A DNA stretch of 64,000 nt from Eledone cirrhosa (taxonomy: Eukaryota), in NCBI GenBank assembly GCA_964016885.1, contig OZ024740.1:431830001-431894000 (forward strand), read 5' to 3'. The translations under genes and the position numbers were made by a program. Below, in pieces: positions 1-11,438 of the stretch. Position 1 is the first letter of the stretch. Every line of letters begins with the position of its first letter. The notes below the pieces were generated by a model. That model had not been told where the DNA came from and ran no database searches. It saw only the letters and a list, made by a program, of their open reading frames with translations.

Positions 1-308
1 TCATTCTCAAAATAAATAATATCAAAATTTCATAGATTCAATATTATGTGAGGTAAAGTGTTTACAATGAAAATACAATAGTATATATAGAATAATGTAG
101 ATGTTAAAGGGTTAAAGATTGTCTGAGCCATATTGCCCTTCATATCAGGGACAAAAAGTTGTCAGAATTAATGTATTATGTTCTGGCATTCCAATTCATA
201 TAATGAATGGCTACCATATTGAATGAGAATTTACAATCTGTTGTAATAACAGAATTGTGCTCTTGGATAAGAAACTTAATTCTGTCACAGTTGAGAAATG
301 ACGAGAAA

Positions 309-355
309 CTAATTCGAGACATGTGACAACAAACATTTTAATGCCATTTCCTCAG
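309..355 (-). CDS. Candidate terminal coding exon of an unidentified minus-strand gene: (A)EEMALKCLLSHVSN*
   Basis: Minus strand reads ggCTAACctgttttAG|ct gag gaa atg ... aat TAG. This gives a branch-point-like CTAAC and an AG acceptor. Phase 1 matches the phase-1 end of the 1866-2054 exon. The exon is short, so chance cannot be excluded. Confidence 0.35.
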
Positions 356-488
356 CTAAAACAGGTTAGCCTTGTGGGTCCTATATAACAGTCTTTTTTT
401 TATTTTGATTAATTCTCTACATCATCCCTTCTCCTCCTTTCCTTTTCCATCACCCTCCGAAGCGTCTTTCTTCATCTTCCTCAATTTC

Positions 489-895
489 CAAGGGCGATGA
501 CACACGACCGTGACCTCGGGCGTCACGCAGTAATACAGAAGACCCGACCCGCCCACAGATACAAGCTAAAGCTGAAGCATATAGACAATATGCCCCCACC
601 CCCTCCCACTGCAAAAAAATCCCCCAGCCCACACTGTAAAGTGGTTGTGAGGTGCCACGGTAAAAAATCACCCAGCCTACACTGTAAAGTGGACATGTAG
701 GTGCCACGGAAAAAAAACACCCACCACTCACTGTAAATGAGGTTGGTGTTAGGAAGGGCATCCAGCTGTAGAAATCAAGCCCAAATCAGTTCACGTATGA
801 GCAAGACAAGGTCAGCCAACTGGACACTACCTACAACAGGACAACCCATCTAACCCATGTTATTGTGGAAAAACAGACGTAAAACGGTAATGATT
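489..895 (+). mobile_element. 5'-truncated RTE-clade LINE 3' end (ORF C-terminus plus 3' UTR with internal ~49-bp tandem units)
   Basis: Encodes MTHDRDLGRHAVIQKTR, resembling the RTE C-terminal MTxDRDLWRxAVxxKTR. It ends in aacccatg...gacgtaaaacggtaatgat, a (GAT)n-type tail. It is homologous to 2186-2532. Confidence 0.7.
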
Positions 896-1548
896 TATTT
901 CCTTTCATCCAGTCACTTTCATCTTCAACACACAACCCATCTCGTTCCATTTCACATCACAACATCACTAACTCTATTCCCACCATCTTCTGTAATTTAC
1001 TCTTATTTCTAATCTTACTTATCCACCAAACTATTATTTCCTGTCTTCTCTGTAGCTCCATCTTCAGAACCTATGTCACACACTCATAAATCATGACATT
1101 TCTAACACAGCAAACACTTTTCCCTACAGTTTCAGTAACACTCTGCTGCTCCTCATTGGCAAACCATTTACTTCCCAGAACATCTTTTATTCTAGCTACT
1201 GTCACTGATCTAACCCCACCCCCACTTCTTCAGTCAATATGTCTCTTATGTAAAAATGACAATGAGTACACTGTATTTAGTTGCCAGTACATTTTATATA
1301 TGTATATATATATACACATATATATACGTATGTGGTTGTCGGCCAAGAGAAAGGAGTACTCAATATCAAATCGAAGTAGAATTTAAATATTCATTTTATT
1401 AAGGCTAAAAAAGTGTTTTGCTATTCTGGAGTTTCACCTGTTTATCATAGGGTCATCAGACTGAGCTAATGTTTCCATAGCAGACACAGTATAAGGAAGA
1501 TTTGAGGTGGAGGAGGGGATTTAATTGAGAAGGGGTAATTAAGATGGG

Positions 1549-1563
1549 ATGTGTGTGTGTGTG
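1549..1563. repeat. Short (GT)n microsatellite
   Basis: gtgtgtgtgtgtg run. Confidence 0.6.
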
Positions 1564-1661
1564 ACAGCTCACACCTATGCAGGTTTAGCTGGCCTCCTCC
1601 AAGGTTTATCTCGTTGGAGGTGTCTTGGGTAATTTAATGATAAGGACCCCAGTCCTATCAT

Positions 1662-1806
1662 CTCATTTCTACAGCTGAGTAAACTGGAGCAACATGAAAT
1701 AAAGTGTCTTGCTCAAGGACACAACACATCACCTGGTCTGAGAATTGAACTCACAACCTTTCGATTGCAAGCCCAATGCTCTAACCACTAAGCCATGCGC
1801 CTTCAC
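1662..1806 (-). mobile_element. tRNA-derived SINE, 5' part
   Basis: Minus strand reads gtgaaggcgcaTGGCTTAGTGGttagagc...GAGTTCAATTCtc. The Pol III A box is at 1785-1795 and the B box at 1742-1752. It continues as gtgtccttgagcaagacactttatttca...actcagctg. Confidence 0.8.
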
Positions 1807-1865
1807 AATTAAGATAGGATGAGTATCAATAGAAATGATAATACTAAATAAGTGATAAGACAAAC

Positions 1866-2054
1866 CTCCAACAAAACCAACTGGGTTAAACTTATTATCT
1901 GTAGAATCTGTAAAACAATGTAAAGTTGGTCTGAAGGTGGGTGGTAAACTTCCTCCATTACAGGTACTTAACACAAGTTGTTTCTCCAACTCAAACCATT
2001 TCTCATTTGCAGTATCTTCCTCAGACATACAAACACCAACAACAATTGGATTTA
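1866..2054 (-). CDS. Probable internal coding exon (189 bp, phase 1-1) of an unidentified gene: xNPIVVGVCMSEEDTANEKWFELEKQLVLSTCNGGSLPPTFRPTLHCFTDSTDNKFNPVGFVG
   Basis: Acceptor tattttattctatttctAG|ta at 2056-2055 and donor gag|GTttgt at 1865. The frame is stop-free (ORF 1729..2028) with protein-like composition. The length is a multiple of 3. Confidence 0.6.
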
Positions 2055-2185
2055 CTAGAAATAGAATAAAATACTTTTATATAATATAGAATAAATAATA
2101 TAAAATCAAATACTTTTATATAATATAGAATATAGAATATGTAATAAATAATATAAAATCAAATATTTTTATATAATATATAATA

Positions 2186-2532
2186 CCCAATTGCACCTCT
2201 CAAGGCCGATGACACACGACCGTGATCTCTGGCGTCACGCAGTAATACAGAAGACCCAACTTCCCACAGGAACAAGCCGAAGCTGATTCATATAGACAAT
2301 ATGCCCCCACCCCTCCCACTGTAAAGTAGTTATGGAAGTGCCATGGGAAAAAAGCACCCAACACACTGTAAATGAGGTTGGTGTTAGGAAAGACATCCAG
2401 CTGTAGAAATCAAGCCAGAATCAGTTCACGTATGAGCAAGACAAGGACAGCCAACTGGACACTGCCCACAACAGGACAACCCGTCTAACCCATGCTATCG
2501 TGGAAGAACGGACGTAAAACGGTGATGATGAT
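2186..2532 (+). mobile_element. 5'-truncated RTE-clade LINE 3' end inserted in satellite A
   Basis: Encodes QLHLSRPMTHDRDLWRHAVIQKTQLPTGTSRS*. The 3' UTR contains ggttggtgttaggaaagacatccagctgtagaaa and the tail cggacgtaaaacggtgatgatgat. It is a direct-orientation paralogue of 489-895. Confidence 0.75.
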
Positions 2533-3796
2533 AAAATACTTTTATATAATATAGAATAAAATACTTTTATATAATATAGAATAAAATACTTTTATATAAT
2601 ATAGAATAAAATACTTTTATATAATATATAATATAGAATAAAATACTTTTATATAATATAGAATAAAATACTTTTATATAATATAGAATAAAATACTTTT
2701 ATATAATATAGAATAAAATACTTTTATATAATATAGAATAAAATACTTTTATATAATATAGAATAAAATACTTTTATATAATATAGAATAAAATACTTTT
2801 ATATAATATAGAATAAAATACTTTTATATAATATAGAATAAAATACTTTTATATAATATATAATATATAATATAGAATAAAATACTTTTATATAATATAT
2901 AATATATAATATAGAATAAAATACTTTTATATAATATATAATATATAATATAGAATAAAATACTTTTATATAATATAGAATAAAATACTTTTATATAATA
3001 TAGAATAAAATACTTTTATATAATATATAATAAAATACTTTTATATAATATAGAATAAAATACTTTTATATAATATATAATATAGAATAAAATACTTTTA
3101 TATAATATAGAACAAAATACTTTTATATAATATAGAATAAAATACTTTTATATAATATATAATATATAATATATAATAAAATACTTTTATATAATATATA
3201 ATATAGAATAAAATACTTTTATATAATATATAATATAGAATAAAATACTTTTATATAATATATAATATATAATATAGAATAAAATACTTTTATATAATAT
3301 AGAACAAAATACTTTTATATAATATAGAATAAAATACTTTTATATAATATATAATATATAATATAGAATAAAATACTTTTATATAATATATAATATATAA
3401 TATAGAATAAAATACTTTTATATAATATAGAATAAAATACTTTTATATAATATAGAATATAGAATAAAATACTTTTATATAATATATAATATATAATAAA
3501 ATACTTTTATATAATATATAATATAGAATAAAATACTTTTATATAATATATAATATATAATAAAATACTTTTATGTAATATATAATATATAATAAAATAC
3601 TTTTATATAATATATAATATAGAACAAAATACTTTTATATAATATATAATATATAATATAGAACAAAATACTTTTATATAATATATAATATAGAACAAAA
3701 TACTTTTATATAATATATAATATAGAATAAAATACTTTTATATAATATATAATATATAATATAGAATAAAATACTTTTATATAATATATAATATAT

Positions 3797-3983
3797 AATT
3801 GTTTCTACTTTAGGCACAAGGCCAGCAATTACCCAGTGCATTACTGGTACTTTATTTTATCGACCCCGTAAGGATGAAAGGCAAAGTCAACCTCGGCGGG
3901 ATTTGAACTCAGATCGTAAAGGGACGTAACTATGCTGGAAAGCATGGCGTCCGACCCTCTACCGATACTGCCAATCCACCGCC
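3797..3983 (-). mobile_element. Near full-length tRNA-derived SINE inserted in satellite A
   Basis: Minus strand reads ggcggtggatTGGCAGTATCGGtag...ctGAGTTCAAATCCcgccgaggttgactttgcctttcatcc...gccttgtgcctaaagtagaaacaatt, with A/B boxes. The 3' end is shared with 30712-30764. Confidence 0.85.
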
Positions 3984-4017
3984 CTGGTGGATTGGCAGTA
4001 TCGGTAGAGGGTCGGAC
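3949..4017. repeat. Perfect 32-bp inverted repeat with a 5-nt loop
   Basis: gtccgaccctctaccgatactgccaatccacc (3949-3980), loop gccct, then ggtggattggcagtatcggtagagggtcggac (3986-4017). Confidence 0.95.
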
Positions 4018-5897
4018 CTATTCTATATTATATATTATATAATATATAATATATAATATAGAATAAAATACTTTTATATAATATATAATATATAATATAG
4101 AATAAAATACTTTTATATAATATATAATATATAATATAGAATAAAATACTTTTATATAATATATAATATATAATATAGAATAAAATACTTTTATATAATA
4201 TATAATATATAATATAGAATAAAATACTTTTATATAATATATAATATATAATATAGAATAAAATACTTTTATATAATATATAATATAGAATAAAATACTT
4301 TTATATAATATATAATAAAATACTTTTATATAATATATAATATATAATATAGAATAAAATACTTTTATATAATATATAATATAGAATATAGAACAAAATA
4401 CTTTTATATAATATATAATATAGAATAAAATACTTTTATATAATATATAATATATAATATAGAATAAAATACTTTTATATAATATATAATATATAATATA
4501 GAATAAAATACTTTTATATAATATATAATATATAATATAGAATAAAATACTTTTATATAATATATAATATATAATATAGAATAAAATACTCTTATATAAT
4601 ATATAATATAGAATATAGAATAAAATACTTTTATATAATATATAATATATAATATAGAATAAAATACTCTTATATAATATATAATATAGAATATAGAATA
4701 AAATACTTTTATATAATATATAATATATAATATAGAATAAAATACTTTTATATAATATATAATATATAATATAGAATAAAATACTTTTATATAATATATA
4801 ATATATAATATAGAATAAAATACTCTTATATAATATATAATATATAATATAGAATAAAATACTTTTATATAATATATAATATAGAATAAAATACTTTTAT
4901 ATAATATATAATATAGAATAAAATACTTTTATATAATATATAATATATAATAAAATACTTTTATATAATATATAATATATAATATAGAATAAAATACTTT
5001 TATATAATATATAATATATAATATAGAATAAAATACTCATATAATATATAATATATAATATAGAATAAAATACTTTTATATAATATATAATATATAATAT
5101 AGAATAAAATACTTTTATATAATATATAATATAGAATAAAATATTTTTATATAATATAGAATATAGAATAAAATACTCTTATATAATATATAATATAGAA
5201 TATAGAATAAAATACTTTTATATAATATATAATATATAATATAGAATAAAATACTCTTATATAATATATAATATATAATATAGAATAAAATACTTTTATA
5301 TAATATATAATATATAATATAGAATAAAATACTTTTATATAATATAGAATAAAATACTTTTATATAATATATAATATAGAATAAAATACTCTTATATAAT
5401 ATATAATATAGAATATAGAATAAAATACTTTTATATAATATATAATATATAATATAGAATAAAATACTTTTATATAATATATAATATATAATATAGAATA
5501 AAATACTTTTATATAATATAGAATAAAATACTTTTATATAATATATAATATAGAATAAAATACTCTTATATAATATATAATATAGAATATAGAATAAAAT
5601 ACTTTTATATAATATATAATATATAATATAGAATAAAATACTCTTATATAATATATAATATATAATATAGAATAAAATACTTTTATATAATATATAATAT
5701 ATAATATAGAATAAAATACTTTTATATAATATAGAATAAAATACTTTTATATAATATATAATATAGAATAAAATACTCTTATATAATATATAATATAGAA
5801 TATAGAATAAAATACTTTTATATAATATATAATATATAATATAGAATAAAATACTTTTATATAATATATAATATATAATATAGAACAAAATACTTTT

Positions 5898-5946
5898 GAA
5901 AGAAATAAACAAAACAAACTGATACCTACATAATATAAAGAAAGCT
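5898..5946 (+). repeat. Unique 49-bp linker between satellites A and B (left arm of the large inverted repeat)
   Basis: gaaagaaataaacaaaacaaactgatacctacataatataaagaaagct, with an exact reverse complement at 14085-14133. Confidence 0.95.
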
Positions 5947-7131
5947 TAATAGATACTAGTGGTGATACTACTAATAGATACTAGTGATGATACTACTAAT
6001 AGATACTAGTGGTGATACTACTAATAGATACTAGTGGTGATACTACTAATAGATACTAGTGATGGATACTACTAATAGATACTAGTGATGGATACTACTA
6101 ATAGATACTAGTGATGATACTAATAGATACTAGTGATGATACTACTAATAGATACTAGTGATGGATACTACTAATAGATACTAGTGATGATACTACTAAT
6201 AGATACTAGTGGTGATACTACTAATAGATACTAGTGGTGATACTACTAATAGATACTAGTGGTGATACTACTAATAGATACTAGTGATAGATACTACTAA
6301 TAGATACTAGTGATAGATACTACTAATAGATACTAGTGATGGATACTACTAATAGATACTAGTGATGATACTAATAGATACTAGTGGTGATACTACTAAT
6401 AGATACTAGTGGTGATACTACTAATAGATACTAGTGATGATACTACTAATAGATACTAGTGATGGATACTACTAATAGATACTAGTGATGGATACTACTA
6501 ATAGATACTAGTGGTGATACTACTAATAGATACTAATGATGGATACTACTAATAGATACTAGTGATGGATACTACTAATAGATACTAATGATGGATACTA
6601 CTAATAGATACTAGTGATGGATACTACTAATAGATACTAGTGGTGATACTAATAGATACTAGTGGTGATACTAATAGATACTAGTGGTGATACTAATAGA
6701 TACTAGTGATGATACTACTAATAGATACTAGTGGTGATACTACTAATAGATACTAGTGATGATACTACTAATAGATACTAGTGGTGATACTACTAATAGA
6801 TACTAGTGATGATACTACTAATAGATACTAGTGATGATACTACTAATAGATACTAGTGGTGATACTACTAATAGATACTAGTGATATATACTACTAATAG
6901 ATACTACTAATAGATACTAGTGATAGATACTACTAATAGATACTACTAATAGATACTAGTGATGATACTACTAATAGATACTAGTGATGATACTACTGAT
7001 ACTAGTGATGGATACTACTAATAGATACTAGTGATGGATACTACTAATAGATACTAGTGATGGATACTACTAATAGATACTAGTGGTGATACTACTAATA
7101 GATACTAGTGATAGATACTATTAATAGATAC
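5947..7131 (+). repeat. Satellite B, forward orientation: 25/26-bp unit gatactactaatagatactagtg(gt/at/atg/ata)
   Basis: Tandem array of roughly 47 units, with ACTAGT in nearly every unit. Confidence 0.95.
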
Positions 7132-10100
7132 GAGTAGTATCCATCACTAGTATCTATTAGTAGTATCCATCACTAGTATCTATTAGTAGTATCCATCACT
7201 AGTATCTATTAGTAGTATCACCACTAGTATCTATTAGTAGTATCTATCACTAGTATCTATTAGTATCACCACTAGTATCTATTAGTAGTATCCATCACTA
7301 GTATCTATTAGTAGTATCCATCACTAGTATCTATTAGTAGTATCTATCACTAGTATCTATTAGTAGTATCATCACTAGTATCTATTAGTAGTATCCATCA
7401 CTAGTATCTATTAGTAGTATCATCACTAGTATCTATTAGTAGTATCTATCACTAGTATCTATTAGTAGTATCACCACTAGTATCTATTAGTAGTATCTAT
7501 CACTAGTATCTATTAGTAGTATCACCACTAGTATCTATTAGTAGTATCTATCACTAGTATCTATTAGTAGTATCATCACTAGTATCTATTAGTAGTATCA
7601 TCACTAGTATCTATTAGTAGTATCATCACTAGTATCTATTAGTAGTATCATCACTAGTATCTATTAGTAGTATCTATCACTAGTATCTATTAGTAGTATC
7701 ACCACTAGTATCTATTAGTAGTATCACCACTAGTATCTATTAGTAGTATCATCACTAGTATCTATTAGTAGTATCCATCACTAGTATCTATTAGTAGTAT
7801 CACCACTAGTATCTATTAGTAGTATCATCACTAGTATCTATTAGTAGTATCATCACTAGTATCTATTAGTAGTATCACCACTAGTATCTATTAGTAGTAT
7901 CATCACTAGTATCTATTAGTAGTATCACCACTAGTATCTATTAGTAGTATCACCACTAGTATCTATTAGTAGTATCTATCACTAGTATCTATTAGTAGTA
8001 TCTATCACTAGTATCTATTAGTAGTATCACCACTAGTATCTATTAGTAGTATCACCACTAGTATCTATTAGTAGTATCATCACTAGTATCTATTAGTAGT
8101 ATCATCACTAGTATCTATTAGTAGTATCATCACTAGTATCTATTAGTAGTATCACCACTAGTATCTATTAGTAGTATCATCACTAGTATCTATTAGTAGT
8201 ATCCATCACTAGTATCTATTAGTAGTATCCATCACTAGTATCTATTAGTAGTATCACCACTAGTATCTATTAGTATCATCACTACTATCTATTAGTAGTA
8301 TCTATCACTAGTATCTATTAGTATCATCACTAGTATCTATTAGTAGTATCATCACTAGTATCTATAAGTAGTATCCATCACTAGTATCTATTAGTAGTAT
8401 CCATCACTAGTATCTATTAGTATCATCACTAGTATCTATTAGTAGTATCTATCACTAGTATCTATTAGTAGTATCACCACTAGTATCTATTAGTAGTATC
8501 TATCACTAGTATCTATTAGTAGTATCACCACTAGTATCTATTAGTAGTATCTATCACTAGTATCTATTAGTATCATCACTAGTATCTATTAGTAGTATCC
8601 ATCACTAGTATCTATTAGTAGTATCTATCACTAGTATCTATTAGTATCGATCACTAGTATCTATTAGTAGTATCCATCACTAGTATCTATTAGTAGTATC
8701 TATCACTAGTATCTATTAGTATCATCACTAGTATCTATTAGTAGTATCCATCACTAGTATCTATTAGTAGTATCCATCACTAGTATCTATTAGTATCGAT
8801 CACTAGTATCTATTAGTAGTATCATCACTAGTATCTATAAGTAGTATCCATCACTAGTATCTATTAGTAGTATCACCACTAGTATCTATTAGTAGTATCC
8901 ATCACTAGTATCTATTAGTATCATCACTAGTATCTATTAGTAGTATCCATCACTAGTATCTATTAGTATCATCACTAGTATCTATTAGTAGTATCCATCA
9001 CTAGTATCTATTAGTATCACCACTAGTATCTATTAGTAGTATCATCACTAGTATCTATTAGTAGTATCTATCACTAGTATCTATTAGTAGTATCTATCAC
9101 TAGTATCTATTAGTAGTATCATCACTAGTATCTATTAGTAGTATCTATCACTAGTATCTATTAGTAGTATCCATCACTAGTATCTATTAGTAGTATCCAT
9201 CACTAGTATCTATTAGTATCCATCACTAGTATCTATTAGTAGTATCCATCACTAGTATCTATTAGTAGTATCATCACTAGTATCTATTAGTAGTATCTAT
9301 CACTAGTATCTATTAGTATCCATCACTAGTATCTATTAGTAGTATCATCACTAGTATCTATTAGTAGTATCTATCACTAGTATCTATTAGTAGTATCCAT
9401 CACTAGTATCTATTAGTAGTATCATCACTAGTATCTATTAGTAGTATCTATCACTAGTATCTATTAGTATCCATCACTAGTATCTATTAGTAGTATCTAT
9501 CACTAGTATCTATTAGTAGTATCCATCACTAGTATCTATTAGTATCCATCACTAGTATCTATTAGTAGTATCCATCACTAGTATCTATTAGTAGTATCTA
9601 TCACTAGTATCTATTAGTAGTATCCATCACTAGTATCTATTAGTAGTATCCATCACTAGTATCTATTAGTAGTATCCATCACTAGTATCTATTAGTAGTA
9701 TCGATCACTAGTATCTATTAGTAGTATCCATCACTAGTATCTATTAGTAGTATCATCACTAGTATCTATTAGTATCCATCACTAGTATCTATTAGTAGTA
9801 TCATCACTAGTATCTATTAGTAGTATCTATCACTAGTATCTATTAGTATCCATCACTAGTATCTATTAGTAGTATCATCACTAGTATCTATTAGTAGTAT
9901 CTATCACTAGTATCTATTAGTAGTATCCATCACTAGTATCTATTAGTAGTATCTATCACTAGTATCTATTAGTAGTATCCATCACTAGTATCTATTAGTA
10001 GTATCCATCACTAGTATCTATTAGTAGTATTCATCACTAGTATCTATTAGTAGTATCCATCACTAGTATCTATTAGTAGTATCCATCACTAGTATCTATT

Positions 10101-11438
10101 AGTAGTATCCATCACTAGTATCTATTAGTAGTATCCATCACTAGTATCTATTAGTAGTATCCATCACTAGTATCTATTAGTAGTATCCATCACTAGTATC
10201 TATTAGTAGTATCTATCACTAGTATCTATTAGTAGTATCTATCACTAGTATCTATTAGTAGTATCCATCACTAGTATCTATTAGTAGTATCCATCACTAG
10301 TATCTATTAGTAGTATCTATCACTAGTATCTATTAGTAGTATCCATCACTAGTATCTATTAGTAGTATCACCACTAGTATCTATTAGTAGTATCTATCAC
10401 TAGTATCTATTAGTATCATCACTAGTATCTATTAGTAGTATCCATCACTAGTATCTATTAGTAGTATCTATCACTAGTATCTATTAGTATCATCACTAGT
10501 ATCTATTAGTAGTATCCATCACTAGTATCTATTAGTAGTATCTATCACTAGTATCTATTAGTATCATCACTAGTATCTATTAGTAGTATCCATCACTAGT
10601 ATCTATTAGTATCATCACTAGTATCTATTAGTAGTATCCATCACTAGTATCTATTAGTAGTATCTATCACTAGTATCTATTAGTAGTATCTATCACTAGT
10701 ATCTATTAGTAGTTTCACCACTAGTATCTATTAGTATCACCACTAGTATCTATTAGTAGTATCCATCACTAGTATCTATTAGTAGTATCCATCACTAGTA
10801 TCTATTAGTATCATCACTAGTATCTATTAGTAGTATCCATCACTAGTATCTATTAGTAGTATCCATCACTAGTATCTATTAGTAGTATCGATCACTAGTA
10901 TCTATTAGTATCATCACTAGTATCTATTAGTAGTATCCATCACTAGTATCTATTAGTAGTATCTATCACTAGTATCTATTAGTAGTATCCATCACTAGTA
11001 TCTATTAGTAGTATCTATCACTAGTATCTATTAGTAGTATCATCACTAGTATCTATTAGTATCATCACTAGTATCTATTAGTAGTATCCATCACTAGTAT
11101 CTATTAGTAGTATCCATCACTAGTATCTATTAGTAGTATCCATCACTAGTATCTATTAGTAGTATCACCACTAGTATCTATTAGTAGTATCACCACTAGT
11201 ATCTATTAGTAGTATCACCACTAGTATCTATTAGTAGTATCCATCACTAGTATCTATTAGTAGTATCCATCACTAGTATCTATTAGTAGTATCACCACTA
11301 GTATCTATTAGTAGTATCACCACTAGTATCTATTAGTAGTATCCATCACTAGTATCTATTAGTAGTATCCATCACTAGTATCTATTAGTAGTATCCATCA
11401 CTAGTATCTATTAGTAGTATCACCACTAGTATCTATTA
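7132..11438 (-). repeat. Satellite B, reverse orientation (cactagtatctattagtagtatc...)
   Basis: Reverse complement of the 5947-7131 unit. The orientation flips at ttaatagatac|gagtagtatc (7131/7132). Roughly 170 units. Confidence 0.95.

Larger units (their letters stand above)
2061..5897 (+). repeat. Satellite A: AT-rich 25-bp unit atagaataaaatacttttatataat with 0-2 extra 7-bp (atataat) subunits, interrupted by an RTE fragment and a SINE
   Basis: Directly visible tandem array with 25/32/39-bp variants. Point variants include gaacaaaa and tactctta. Confidence 0.95.

Noticed and set aside
1735-1806. Possible tRNA gene (A and B boxes)
   Set aside because: No convincing cloverleaf, and it continues into a SINE body, so it is a SINE head.
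5115-5912. 265-aa ORF rich in Y/I/L/K
   Set aside because: It is a translation of satellite A in a stop-free frame, with no ATG start and no protein signature.
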